DNA of 64,000 nucleotides from a virus (taxonomy: Duplodnaviria > Caudoviricetes): positions 1-64,000 of the IMG/VR virus record IMGVR_UViG_3300020050_009513; one strand, given 5' to 3'. The position numbers and the translations under genes were made by a program. Positions 43,675-54,204 of the stretch are shown here, piece by piece. Positions within the stretch are counted from its first letter, which is position 1; each line of letters opens with the position of its first letter. The notes beneath the pieces were generated by a model. It saw nothing but the letters and a program-made list of their open reading frames with translations, was not told the origin of the DNA and made no database searches.

Positions 43675-44062
43675 CCATACTCTTACAGGTGAACACGTAC
43701 TACGAGAGGCCTGGGACCCTACGCAAGGTGCGGTAAAGGTTACAGTAGATAGTGAGTTTGCAGTAGCCTTGGATGCCGCTGATGGGGATAGTATAACAAC
43801 TGTTCCTAATAATCTTACTGTCACAGGTGTCCAGGAAATGGATGCTACTAGCTATAAAAGCTTAGTTCTATACACTGCTCCTGGAGCAGGAGAGGCTAAG
43901 GTAGAGGTATCCCCTACTGCATCCGGTGATGTTTGGGTAGACCTAGTCACTGTTACTGCCAATGCTCTTCTTGTTGTTAAGTCCGCTGTCACTGATTTTA
44001 GAGCTGTACGCATCCGTATTTCTACAACAGGAGCAGCTCCTCACGTGGTGATGCATGGGTAA
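43667..44062 (+). CDS. virion structural protein (TGEHVLREAWDP motif)
   Basis: N-terminal motif shared with 26833 and 44480. Confidence 0.6.
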   Translation: MANHTLTGEHVLREAWDPTQGAVKVTVDSEFAVALDAADGDSITTVPNNLTVTGVQEMDATSYKSLVLYTAPGAGEAKVEVSPTASGDVWVDLVTVTANALLVVKSAVTDFRAVRIRISTTGAAPHVVMHG

Positions 44063-44483
44063 GATCATTATGGGTAAAGGCACACGGCAGCGCGCTCCTG
44101 TTTCGACTGCAGAAGTCGCAATGGAAGTTATTACCCAAGATCAAGCCCCGAGTATTCAAACTATTACAGTAGAAGTTCCTGTTGAAGTAGTCCGTGAAGT
44201 AATTGTAGAAGTACCTGTTACTGTTGAAGTAGTAAGAGAAGTACAAGTTCCAGTTATTGTAGAGAAGATTGTAGAAATTCAAGTCCCGGTAGAAATCATT
44301 AAAGAAATTCAAGTTCCGGTTGAACGTATTGTTATTCAAGAACGCGTCGAATATATTGAAATTCCTATGGATATCTCACGTATTCGTGAATTAGAATCTA
44401 AACTAAGATCTACTAATCGGGTGAAATATATTGCCTGTGCAGTAGCACTAATTGCCTTGTCTATTGTAGGAGTCTTGCTATGA
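44055..44483 (+). CDS. VEVPV-repeat protein with C-terminal TM anchor
   Basis: About eight [VI]EVPV/EIQVPV-type repeats; tail YIACAVALIALSIVGVLL. Confidence 0.7.
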   Translation: MGKIIMGKGTRQRAPVSTAEVAMEVITQDQAPSIQTITVEVPVEVVREVIVEVPVTVEVVREVQVPVIVEKIVEIQVPVEIIKEIQVPVERIVIQERVEYIEIPMDISRIRELESKLRSTNRVKYIACAVALIALSIVGVLL

Positions 44484-44749
44484 ATTCTACCACTAAGCCT
44501 GCATCTAATGCAAGTCATGAGAACGTTCTTCGTTCCGCCCACAATGAAGTAACGGCAACTATTGGAGTTTCCGGATTTGTTACCGCTAAGGTAGGGCATC
44601 GTATTACACAAACAGTAACTACTACTAATACTGCAGATGATACTTTAGTATTTAACTATTTTGATGGATCTATTGCTCTTATGGAATTAACTGTGATTTA
44701 CACAGACGGAACTCGGGAGACCCTTCTTTCGGTTGAAAGGACAGCGTAA
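44480..44749 (+). CDS. small virion protein (SHENVLRSAHNE motif)
   Basis: N-terminal motif shared with 26833 and 43667. Confidence 0.6.
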   Translation: MNSTTKPASNASHENVLRSAHNEVTATIGVSGFVTAKVGHRITQTVTTTNTADDTLVFNYFDGSIALMELTVIYTDGTRETLLSVERTA

Positions 44750-46422
44750 TGAGTTTCCAGTTCAATCCTCTTATCCTAGATGGCTTCGATATCTCTGGAG
44801 GCGGAGCTTCTACAGTTGTAATTGGAACTACTCCTGTTGTAGGAAGTACTCCTTTTTCTATTCTTATTGTTGATGCTGCAAACACTGTGGGAGACGTTGG
44901 TCCTCTTACTAACGGTCAACTTTTAATTGGAGCCACAGGAGCAGAGCCGGTCCCTGCTACACTCACTGGAACAGCTAATCAAGTATCCATCACTAACGGT
45001 TCCGGATCAGTTACTTTATCATTACCTCAGGACATTGCTCCTACTTCAAACGTAACATTCGCTGATACAACAGTTGACACACTTACTGCCGACGTGGTAA
45101 ACACACCTGTCCTAGACTATGCTGGTGCAATTGCTATCGGTACTGTTGACGCTACAGTAATTAATATTGGTAATGCTTCTTCTGTAGTTAACTTTAATGG
45201 TACAGTTAATGATAATAATGTTACTAATCTAATCGTATCCGATCAGCTAATCACTCTAAATGCTGGCGGTGGCGTGGGATCTGCTACAGGCGCTGGTATT
45301 GAGTTTGAAGAAGATAGTGTTATTACTGGATATGTAAAGACTTCAGCAGATCGTAATAGCCTAACTGCAAAAGCCCCTGCAACAGCTGGTGTTGTTACAG
45401 TAACTCCTGGTGCATCAGGTTTTACTATTGACCAAGGATCTCATAATCCCCTGACTATTGATACGGCAAACGGATTATCATTAAATGACCAGGAATTATC
45501 GTTAGCCTTAGCTACAGCCGGTAATCCGGGTGCTCTGTCCTCTTCTGACTGGACTACTTTTAATGACAAGGCTAATAATACTTTAAACAACCTAGGTGTT
45601 ACAAACATTAACGCCTCTCTGTTAGTAAATAGCCCTGGCACATATAACTTAGGTGCAAACTTAGGTCAATGGAATACTGTATATACCAACTTTGTACGCC
45701 GAGACAATGGAAGTCCTGCAGTACAGCTTCAAACTGGTGGTCTAAATGACACCGCTAATTTTACTTCTTTAAATTGGCAAAATCGTCAATTATTGACAGG
45801 ATTTAGCACAGCTGCTGATTGGGGAAATAGAGTACTTCAGAACTCATCTAGTGTCACTACTTTGAATTGGGAAGCTCAGTCTCTTTCTGACGGTACAGAT
45901 TTGTCAGTTGATTGGGCAGGACGCTCCTTAGAAAATAGTACAGGAGCTATGCTTGATTGGAGTGGATCTCAGGTATCTTTTGAAGGAAAACGTGTAATTA
46001 ACGTTGCTACTCCTACTACAGGTACTGATGCTGCCAACAAAGACTACGTTGATGCTGCTGCTGCTTTGCTGCCCTATGGTGACATCCCCAGCACTACCTT
46101 TGTAGCTGACTTCTCCCAAACCGACCAGCCTGTAGTAGGTCTTGTAGCCGCGCCAGATGACTTACCCGTAGCTGTATTAGCGTTTAAAGCTCATGTTATG
46201 GTTATTAACACCGATACATCTGCTTATACTTCTTTTGATATGATTGCAACTAGAGATCTTATTGACAATATCTGGCACTTGTCATATTCCCAGTCAGGAG
46301 ATAATAGTAATGTTACTTTTGATATTGATTCTACCGGACAAGTTATATATACATCTCCCGCTGCAACTGGATCTCAAGATTTGACCATGTTCTTTAGAGC
46401 ACAAGCAATTACCCAAAGTTAA
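44749..46422 (+). CDS. tail fibre protein
   Basis: GQLLIG, NLIVSDQLITLN..., DW repeats, PTTGTDAANKDYVD. Confidence 0.75.
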   Translation: MSFQFNPLILDGFDISGGGASTVVIGTTPVVGSTPFSILIVDAANTVGDVGPLTNGQLLIGATGAEPVPATLTGTANQVSITNGSGSVTLSLPQDIAPTSNVTFADTTVDTLTADVVNTPVLDYAGAIAIGTVDATVINIGNASSVVNFNGTVNDNNVTNLIVSDQLITLNAGGGVGSATGAGIEFEEDSVITGYVKTSADRNSLTAKAPATAGVVTVTPGASGFTIDQGSHNPLTIDTANGLSLNDQELSLALATAGNPGALSSSDWTTFNDKANNTLNNLGVTNINASLLVNSPGTYNLGANLGQWNTVYTNFVRRDNGSPAVQLQTGGLNDTANFTSLNWQNRQLLTGFSTAADWGNRVLQNSSSVTTLNWEAQSLSDGTDLSVDWAGRSLENSTGAMLDWSGSQVSFEGKRVINVATPTTGTDAANKDYVDAAAALLPYGDIPSTTFVADFSQTDQPVVGLVAAPDDLPVAVLAFKAHVMVINTDTSAYTSFDMIATRDLIDNIWHLSYSQSGDNSNVTFDIDSTGQVIYTSPAATGSQDLTMFFRAQAITQS

Positions 46423-46447
46423 CATATAGATATATAAGGAGTTTTTA

Positions 46448-46798
46448 ATGTCCGATCTAAAAGATATGCTAGGCAAAAAGCCTAAAAGTAACGACGCAGA
46501 CGTAAAAGAAGCTAAACTTACGGCTCTCAAAGAGTTGAAAGGTATGGCTTCGGGTATGCTGGGCGGCGGTCTAAAAGAAATGATGGACGCTCCTAAAAAA
46601 TCCGTAACTGTTGCTGCTGATAGCGAAGAAGGACTCGAAGCGGGTCTGGATAAAGCTAAAGAGATTCTCCCGGAAATGCCTGATATGGATGATGAGTCAG
46701 AAGATTCTGATTCTGAAGACATGAGCATGGAAGAAATCGAAGCAATGGAACGTCAAATCGCCGAAATGAAAAAGAAACTCCTCGCGGCCAAAGCCTAA
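46448..46798 (+). CDS. acidic low-complexity protein
   Basis: AAGGAG RBS; DDESEDSDSED tract. Confidence 0.7.
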   Translation: MSDLKDMLGKKPKSNDADVKEAKLTALKELKGMASGMLGGGLKEMMDAPKKSVTVAADSEEGLEAGLDKAKEILPEMPDMDDESEDSDSEDMSMEEIEAMERQIAEMKKKLLAAKA

Positions 46799-46807
46799 GG
46801 AGGAGAG

Positions 46808-47785
46808 ATGGCTCGTCATCTCACATCTAGCACACTAATTGATAGTGCGGTTCGTCGCGCGACTCTACCAAAGACACAGGTAACCTTCTTAGAAGAAGAT
46901 TTCCTTGCATTTGCTAATGAAGAAATGGATATGGCAATCATACCCTATGTAATGGGGTATCATGAGGATTATTTTCTTTTTAAAGAGAATATGCCTTTGT
47001 TAGATTTTACATCTAGATACTCCATTCCGTATCGTGCGGTAGGAAATAAACTCCGAGACGTTCAATTTTTGGATCAAGGTAATACCATTTTTGAAATGAC
47101 GCGTATTGGCGTCGGTGATAATTCATATTTTCAATATGGTTCTATGGGATCTGTTGTCACTCGTCTACGTGCATTCTCACTTGAGGGTGACGAGATTGTT
47201 CTACATCCGCATGTAGATGGTGCAGCTAATGGCGGTTCCCTGGATATATACTATTACATTCGTCCTAATCAACTTGTATCTGAAAATCGAGTAATGATTG
47301 TTACTTCTATTTCAGACATTGCAAATGGAAATATTACTGTAGATAAACTTCCTCTGGACTCTGAGTCTGGGGCTAGTCTTTTTATGTCCGGTACTTTGGT
47401 TGATTTCATTAAAGTCAAATCCCCGCATAAGTGTATTACTATTGATAATGCTATTCAATCAGTAAATACTACTACTAAAGTTATAAGCTTCGGCCCTGAT
47501 GTTATCCCTGCGTCTATTAAAGTTGGAGATCATATTGCACTTGCCCAAGAGTGCATGATCCCTCAGATCCCTACAGATTTACATAGCATGCTAGCACAGC
47601 GCATTGCTGCTCGTTGTCTTGAGGCTATAGGTGATAGCGCAGGACTTCAAGCTGCCAATGCTAAACTTGCTGAGATGGAACTTAAAGGCGGAACTCTTAT
47701 TGATAGCCGTGTTGATGATGCTCCTATGAAGGTTGCTAATCGTCACGGATTCTTACGTAGATCACGTCGATTTGTTGGAAGGTAA
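46808..47785 (+). CDS. putative head-tail adaptor (tail tubular A-like)
   Basis: N-terminal LIDSAVRR..FANEEM helices; position before nozzle. Confidence 0.6.
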   Translation: MARHLTSSTLIDSAVRRATLPKTQVTFLEEDFLAFANEEMDMAIIPYVMGYHEDYFLFKENMPLLDFTSRYSIPYRAVGNKLRDVQFLDQGNTIFEMTRIGVGDNSYFQYGSMGSVVTRLRAFSLEGDEIVLHPHVDGAANGGSLDIYYYIRPNQLVSENRVMIVTSISDIANGNITVDKLPLDSESGASLFMSGTLVDFIKVKSPHKCITIDNAIQSVNTTTKVISFGPDVIPASIKVGDHIALAQECMIPQIPTDLHSMLAQRIAARCLEAIGDSAGLQAANAKLAEMELKGGTLIDSRVDDAPMKVANRHGFLRRSRRFVGR

Positions 47786-47788
47786 ACC

Positions 47789-50700
47789 ATGGCTACTACT
47801 TCAATGTTGCGTGCCAAAGGTCTTCACCTATTTAACAACTACCTAAGTGAAATTCCTGAAGGTGCATTACTAGATGCAGATAATACTGTTATTGATCGGG
47901 ACGGGACTATTGAACCTCGTCGCGGTATTCATCAGTATGGTGAAATTGGTACTACAAGTGCTGATTTGGCAAAACAATTACTTGTATATAAAGATCGTAT
48001 TCTTGCTCACTACTCGTCTACTCTTGCTTGGGACGATGGCGTTGGTAATTTTACTGACTATGGAACAGCTTTTGCTGAAACTCAAGCCGGGCTTCGGATT
48101 AAGTCCGTTGAAGCTAACGGTAACTTGTATGTTACTACTTCTGAAGGTGTTAGAAAACTAGCCACAGATAGTCAAGCAGGATTAGGTACAGCTGCTATTA
48201 CATTCGCGGGTGGGATTAAGGCTATCACAGGTACTGCTACTTGTGATTATACTGTAGAAGGATTTCTACCCGGTTACTCTAAAGTTGCCTATCGTATTAC
48301 TTGGATTACTGAAGATATTAATGGTAATCTTATAGAAGGGGCGCCTAGCCCTGCTATTGAAGTAACCAATCAATCAGCGCAAGCGTGCCGTGTTGTATTA
48401 ACTTTTCAAGTTCCAAACGGTATTACTACTGACTATTCTTATCGTATTTACCGTACAAACGTAGCAGTTCAATCTGGAACTCCTACCTTTGCAGGAATCT
48501 CTACTCTTCAAACTGGCGACGAAATGCGCCTAGTTATTGAATCTCCATATGTATCCGGTACTTCCATTACTGTAGTTGATGAAACTCCGGAAGATTTTCG
48601 TAATAATGGAGTAAATTTATATACAAATGAATTCTCAGGAGAGGGCATTAATCAATCGAATGAACCTCCTCCATTTGCAAAAGATATTGCTCTATACAAG
48701 AATGCAGTATTCTTTTCTAATACACGCACGCGCCACTTTCTTCAAATTTCCCTATTGGGGCTTAGTGCTTTTAAGAGTTATGGGGGTTTACAGGATGCGA
48801 TTAATATTACTAGTATTACCTACCTTGCTCCAGATACTACTATTACTTTCTCTGCTGACCATGGACTTACCGTAGGAACTAGAATTGTTGTTCTTGAGTC
48901 CGGGTCTGCTCTTGATGGTGTACAGATCATTACAGATGTTCCTACTAGTTCTACTATCGTCGTAGAAGCGGATAGCACTGGAGCTAATGCATCTACTACC
49001 TCTATCTACGGATCATCAATTGCAATTGTTCGTGGAGCAAACCCTCCTAATTACTACTATTTTGTAGGCCGACCTGAGGTTAATAGTTTTACTTTACCTG
49101 CAAAAGCAGCTTTAGCCACTGTGGGTACAGCTGATTATATTCGTTTATATGCTTCAGAAGATTCTGCTAATTATGTATTTTGGTTTGATACTAATGGTAC
49201 AGTAGACGAGCCGGTAGTAGCAGGAGCTATTCTTGTACGAGTGGATGTTACTGATGCTGGTATTGTGACCGCAGCTAATGTTGCTGACAAACTAGCAGAC
49301 ACAATTAGCGAAAATTCTTTTGATTTTCTTATTAGCGATGTAACTGGTCCTGTTGTACAAGTTCAAAATTCCAATAGCGGATCAGCTACCGACGCTACCG
49401 TGACCGGAACTATTGCTGTTGTAAAAGATCAAAATGGACACGGGGAAAATGCGGCTCTTCATTATGTTCGTCTATCAACATACCTAAGTCCGGCACAGTC
49501 CATTGATGATACAGGTCGCTCACTAGCGAAAGTTATTACTGCAAATGCATCCGAGTATGTAAATGCATTTTATCTATTTGACCCTAACGGTCTTCCGGGT
49601 AATTTGTATTTGCAATCACGAGACTTAGACCCTACCCCCTTCTTTATTACTGCTAGTGATGCTACTACCGGAGCAGCATTCAATCCTGATTTAAGTACTC
49701 CTACATCCTCTGGCAACGAGGAAAGTAATAATCGTATTTATTATTCCAAGCCCAGTCAGCCCGAGGCTGTACCTCTACTTAACTACCAACCAGTCGGCCC
49801 TAAAGATAAGAAGATTCTTCGTATTATTGCTCTTCGGGATAGTTTATTCATCCTTAAAGAAGAGGCTGTATACCGTTTAACAGGAGATTCTTCTACCAAT
49901 TACTCTATTACTATTTTTGATAACTCAGCTAATCTAACAGCACCAGACACAGCGGTTGTTTTAAACAATCAAATCTACTGCCTTACTACTCAAGGTATTG
50001 CTACTATCTCAGAAACTGGAGTTAGTATTATATCTCGACCTATCGAGTCTGTATTTAATACAGTAATGTCCCCAGCTTTTACTAATTATAAAACTATCTC
50101 ATTTGCTACCGCATATGAATCGGATCGTGCGTATTTAATTGCAGTTCCTAGCCTGCCTACCGATGAAAACGCTACTCGTATTTTTAGATTTAATACCTTT
50201 ACTCAAACTTGGACTTATTGGTCTAAAGAAGTTACTTGCGCAATTGTTGAACCTAGCATTAATAAGTTATACATTGGGGCAGGGGATACGAATTTAGTAG
50301 AGGTGGAGCGTAAAGAGCTTACACGAGATGACTACGCAGATCGTCAATATCAGCTAGCTATTCCTGTAAATTCTATTGTTAATGGTAATGTTACCTTAAG
50401 CAGCGGTGTTTTGGTTGAACCTGGAGACAGTATCATCCAACTACAGTATTTAACTGTAGGTCAAGTAGAACGCCTTGCTAAAAAAATTGCACTGGACACA
50501 GCAGTACCAGACACAGTAGGGAATCAAAATAAAGATTTTTATCGTAATTTTGATATTGCTATTGGTGGAAATATTCAAACGCGCCTGTCTGCTCTAATTA
50601 CACAATTGAATGCTGATGTGGGTGGGGCATTTGATACAACCTATTCTTCTGATTTTGAGACCTTACAAGGTGAATTTAATGCCTTGGTAGTGGTCATGAA

Positions 50701-51229
50701 CTCCAGCGCCTTGTTAAATCAAACCAATTATCAAGGATCTATCGGCACTGCTCCAGTAGAAATCTTAGTACAGGCTAAGGTATCGACTAACATTGTAACA
50801 CCCTTGGCCCTTGGTCCAATAGTTCAAGGTGCAGTAACCCACTATAAAGCGATTAAGTCCTCTGTAGTATGGGCGCCCTCTTCTTTTGGGGACCCGTCTT
50901 TGTACAAGCATATCCGGCAAGGAACTGTCCTATTTGATACCGCAGGCATTGCCTTTGCTACTATTGGATATAATAGCGACCTAAGTCCTAACTTTGAAGA
51001 TATTCCTTTCCTAATGGAAGGGGATGGATCTTGGGGCGGGTTCTTTTATTCGTCTACTACATGGGGCGGAGAGGGGACAGCTCGTCCCTTTAGGACTCTT
51101 ATTCCTCGTCAGAAGCAGCGTTGTCGATTTATCCGGGCTCGTTTTCAGCATAGCACAGCTTTCTATAGGTACTCAATACTAGGTATTTCTTATACCTATG
51201 AAATCTATGGGGAAAGGGCATACAAGTAA
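47789..51229 (+). CDS. putative tail nozzle/hub (tail tubular B / P22 gp10-like)
   Basis: 1146 aa; N-terminal GL..IPEGALLDADNTVIDRDG.IEPRRG; propeller-like repeats; C-terminal RFIRARF. Confidence 0.7.
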   Translation: MATTSMLRAKGLHLFNNYLSEIPEGALLDADNTVIDRDGTIEPRRGIHQYGEIGTTSADLAKQLLVYKDRILAHYSSTLAWDDGVGNFTDYGTAFAETQAGLRIKSVEANGNLYVTTSEGVRKLATDSQAGLGTAAITFAGGIKAITGTATCDYTVEGFLPGYSKVAYRITWITEDINGNLIEGAPSPAIEVTNQSAQACRVVLTFQVPNGITTDYSYRIYRTNVAVQSGTPTFAGISTLQTGDEMRLVIESPYVSGTSITVVDETPEDFRNNGVNLYTNEFSGEGINQSNEPPPFAKDIALYKNAVFFSNTRTRHFLQISLLGLSAFKSYGGLQDAINITSITYLAPDTTITFSADHGLTVGTRIVVLESGSALDGVQIITDVPTSSTIVVEADSTGANASTTSIYGSSIAIVRGANPPNYYYFVGRPEVNSFTLPAKAALATVGTADYIRLYASEDSANYVFWFDTNGTVDEPVVAGAILVRVDVTDAGIVTAANVADKLADTISENSFDFLISDVTGPVVQVQNSNSGSATDATVTGTIAVVKDQNGHGENAALHYVRLSTYLSPAQSIDDTGRSLAKVITANASEYVNAFYLFDPNGLPGNLYLQSRDLDPTPFFITASDATTGAAFNPDLSTPTSSGNEESNNRIYYSKPSQPEAVPLLNYQPVGPKDKKILRIIALRDSLFILKEEAVYRLTGDSSTNYSITIFDNSANLTAPDTAVVLNNQIYCLTTQGIATISETGVSIISRPIESVFNTVMSPAFTNYKTISFATAYESDRAYLIAVPSLPTDENATRIFRFNTFTQTWTYWSKEVTCAIVEPSINKLYIGAGDTNLVEVERKELTRDDYADRQYQLAIPVNSIVNGNVTLSSGVLVEPGDSIIQLQYLTVGQVERLAKKIALDTAVPDTVGNQNKDFYRNFDIAIGGNIQTRLSALITQLNADVGGAFDTTYSSDFETLQGEFNALVVVMNSSALLNQTNYQGSIGTAPVEILVQAKVSTNIVTPLALGPIVQGAVTHYKAIKSSVVWAPSSFGDPSLYKHIRQGTVLFDTAGIAFATIGYNSDLSPNFEDIPFLMEGDGSWGGFFYSSTTWGGEGTARPFRTLIPRQKQRCRFIRARFQHSTAFYRYSILGISYTYEIYGERAYK

Positions 51230-51636
51230 TGAAAGTCACAAACTTAAAACGGCTTGTAATGGAAGACTTCGAGTCAGAGGACCAAGAGTTAATCAACAAA
51301 GTTGCCTTCTCTTATAATCCGCTCATTGAACAGATTACTCAAGCCTTCAATAACAATATTGATTTTGATAACTTGAATCAACAGGTTATAACATTTGATG
51401 TTGAATTGGATGCAGCAGGTATACCTAAGGCAGTTACTGAACTTCGTAATAAGTTGAGAGGCAAGCCACAGGGTATACTGGTTATGAGAGCAGAAAATTT
51501 GGCACTCAATAACCTATACCCAACTGCAACCCCGTTCATCACATTCTCATTAAGAGATAATAATATCCTTATTAAGCATGTTGCTGGAATTCCCGCTGAT
51601 ACAAAGTATAAACTCACCGTAATATCAGTAGGTTAA
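51229..51636 (+). CDS. tail-associated protein
   Basis: Coupled to nozzle gene. Confidence 0.6.
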   Translation: MKVTNLKRLVMEDFESEDQELINKVAFSYNPLIEQITQAFNNNIDFDNLNQQVITFDVELDAAGIPKAVTELRNKLRGKPQGILVMRAENLALNNLYPTATPFITFSLRDNNILIKHVAGIPADTKYKLTVISVG

Positions 51637-51661
51637 CATATTATAATAGGAGATCCTACTC

Positions 51662-53236
51662 GTGGCAGTTCAAGCAAAGCTAAACCAAGATAAGAATAAC
51701 CAGCAGACCGGCGGTGGACAAGCGCCTGCTACGGCAGCTCCGTCTACTCAGGTATCTACGGTTAACCCTTACAGTGGCGCTACAACTACTCCTACAGGCA
51801 ACACATCCTCGGGACGTTTTACAAACATCTCTAGCTATTTGAATGCTAACAAAGGTGCTGGTGAGAAGATTGCAACTCAAGTTGGGTCTAACATCACTAA
51901 GCAAGTTGATAAAACTCAAGAGCAAACAAATAAAGTAAACGATGTTGCTTCTGCGGTTAATGCAGAAAAAGATCGTTTGGCTAAAGCACAAGAATACAAT
52001 GCTAAGATTCAAGAAAATCCAAATGAACTAGTTAATGACGAGACTACCTACGGTCAAGTTCGTAATTTAATTACTGGAACTAGTGATCAGTCTAAACAAC
52101 AGCAGGATGCTTCTGCTGCTTTGTCTGGAGCTAACACTGCATTGAATACTGTAGGACAAAAGATCTCCGGCCTCGGTAACGAAGCAGGCCGCTTCAATGT
52201 TCTTGGTGAAACATTTGCTCGTCCTTCTTACTCTCAAGGTCAGAAGCGTTTGGATCAGTTGTTATTCTCTGTTGGCGGCGCTCAACAATTGGCTGATACT
52301 GCAAAGAATCTTCAAGGTCAAGTACAAACTCGTCAAAATCAAGTTAACGATTTGACTAAGACTATTGGTGATCAACTTACTTCTAACGCTACTGCATTAG
52401 GAGACGCTTCTACTCTTCTTGGAAATACCTTGAATAGTCAACAAGCTAACCTTATACAACAGCAAACAGATGAAGCTAAAGCTCTGAATGCTAAAAATGC
52501 TGATTTAAATCAAACACTCACTGCTTTGTTCTCTGGTGGATTCGATCAACTCACCGATACTCAAAAAGAATTAGCTAAACAAGAATTGGCTAAATCTGGT
52601 TTGGGACTTGATAGCAAGACTTACAATGTTCTCAATGAAAACAAATATCGTAACTACCTTACCGAAGGTGCTACGGATTTTAGTGCAGCCGATGTACTCG
52701 ATGACCAAGAATTGGCTCGTTACCAAGCACTAGCTCGTCTCCAAGGAATGACACCGGAACAGTATGCCTATACCCAAGCCGGAAGTAATAAAGCTACTGC
52801 TGGACTAAAGGGTCAGGATCTTCAATCAGCAATTAAAAGTGCTGAAGAAACATTTAACTCTATTCTATCTGGCACAAATTTAACAGGAAATGCCAGCACA
52901 GTAGAACGTCGTGGCGGGTTCCTTAACGCTCGAAGCCCTGAAGAACAGTCCTATACTACTAAAGCTAATGCTATGGCCCTGTTGCAAGGTATCTTGAGTG
53001 GACAAGGAACTAACGTAGAAGCTCAGTGGAGTCAAGGTAATCAAGTACGCAGCCCTATTACTTACAACATGGCAGCGAACGGTCCTGGACAACTCGGCGG
53101 CATCGACTGGGCTAACGTAGCTACTGCTTCAGGGCAAGACCTCTGGAATCAGTTTCAAAATATTCTTAATCAACAGGGCTACAGCAATACTCTCGGTGGT
53201 ATTAAACCCTCTAACGGTAATTTCGGAGTAAGCTAA
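51662..53236 (+). CDS. internal virion / DNA ejection protein
   Basis: Q/N/A/T-rich helical; GTG start after AGGAG; after tail genes. Confidence 0.65.
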   Translation: MAVQAKLNQDKNNQQTGGGQAPATAAPSTQVSTVNPYSGATTTPTGNTSSGRFTNISSYLNANKGAGEKIATQVGSNITKQVDKTQEQTNKVNDVASAVNAEKDRLAKAQEYNAKIQENPNELVNDETTYGQVRNLITGTSDQSKQQQDASAALSGANTALNTVGQKISGLGNEAGRFNVLGETFARPSYSQGQKRLDQLLFSVGGAQQLADTAKNLQGQVQTRQNQVNDLTKTIGDQLTSNATALGDASTLLGNTLNSQQANLIQQQTDEAKALNAKNADLNQTLTALFSGGFDQLTDTQKELAKQELAKSGLGLDSKTYNVLNENKYRNYLTEGATDFSAADVLDDQELARYQALARLQGMTPEQYAYTQAGSNKATAGLKGQDLQSAIKSAEETFNSILSGTNLTGNASTVERRGGFLNARSPEEQSYTTKANAMALLQGILSGQGTNVEAQWSQGNQVRSPITYNMAANGPGQLGGIDWANVATASGQDLWNQFQNILNQQGYSNTLGGIKPSNGNFGVS

Positions 53237-54195
53237 TGGTTGCACCTCTTTTAATCGGAGCTGGCGCTAGTCTTGCTGGTGGACTTCTTGGTCAGGCAGC
53301 TTCTGCAGGCGATCGTGCGGCATCTTCCCAGATGCTGCAAGATTTGCTTATGCAATATCAAAATCTTAATACGCCTGATGTTGATGCTCTTAAGGTATAT
53401 TTAGAACAGCAACAATCCATGGGGGATTTGGTTCCTCAACAAGAGGCTTTGGTTGGACAACTAGGCCCTTCTGCCTTAGGTGCTATTTCTCTTGATCCTG
53501 CTTTGCGGGCTCAACAAATGGAAGCTCTGAATACTATTGCTGAGACTTCTAAAGAAGGTATGTCCGCAGTAGACCGTGCCCAGTTGGATGAATTGCTGCG
53601 TACCAATGCAGCCGCTACAACTGCTGCACAAAAATCTGTTCTGGAGAACCGTCAATCTCGAGGCATGGGTGGCGGTGGTGATGAGCTTGCTGCTATGCTT
53701 GGTAATACCCAAAGCGCGGCAAATCGAGGAAGCTCTGAATCTCTTAAGATTGCAGCAGAAGCTGCTAATCGCCGTTTGAATGCTACAGACAAATCAGCTA
53801 ACTTGGCTGCTGCTATTGAAGCTTCTGATTACAACCGTGCTGCAGCTAAAGCTGGAGCTAATGACGCTATCGCTAACTTTAATGCTCAGCTTAAGCAGGG
53901 TCTTGAGGGTCGTAACACTTCTTCTGCAAATAATGCACAAGAGCGTAATTTGGCAAACAAACAAACAATTGCCAATAATAACACTGCTACTCGAAATCAG
54001 CAACAGCAATACAATACCAATTTAACTCAACAGGACTTTGAAAATAAACTGAAGAAGTTGGGTGGAGTTGCAAGCGCTACTACCGGAGCTTCGCAGAATT
54101 TACAAAATAATGCTAACGCTACTGCACAAATGTGGTCTAATATTGGGACTGGTGCTGGTGCAATCGGCGCTAATTACATGAATCAAAAGAAGTAA
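53236..54195 (+). CDS. internal virion / DNA ejection (pilot-like) protein
   Basis: N-terminal LLIGAGASLAGGLLG, Q/N/A-rich, C-terminal GTGAGAIGA. Confidence 0.7.
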   Translation: MVAPLLIGAGASLAGGLLGQAASAGDRAASSQMLQDLLMQYQNLNTPDVDALKVYLEQQQSMGDLVPQQEALVGQLGPSALGAISLDPALRAQQMEALNTIAETSKEGMSAVDRAQLDELLRTNAAATTAAQKSVLENRQSRGMGGGGDELAAMLGNTQSAANRGSSESLKIAAEAANRRLNATDKSANLAAAIEASDYNRAAAKAGANDAIANFNAQLKQGLEGRNTSSANNAQERNLANKQTIANNNTATRNQQQQYNTNLTQQDFENKLKKLGGVASATTGASQNLQNNANATAQMWSNIGTGAGAIGANYMNQKK

Positions 54196-54204
54196 GGGAT
54201 TACA

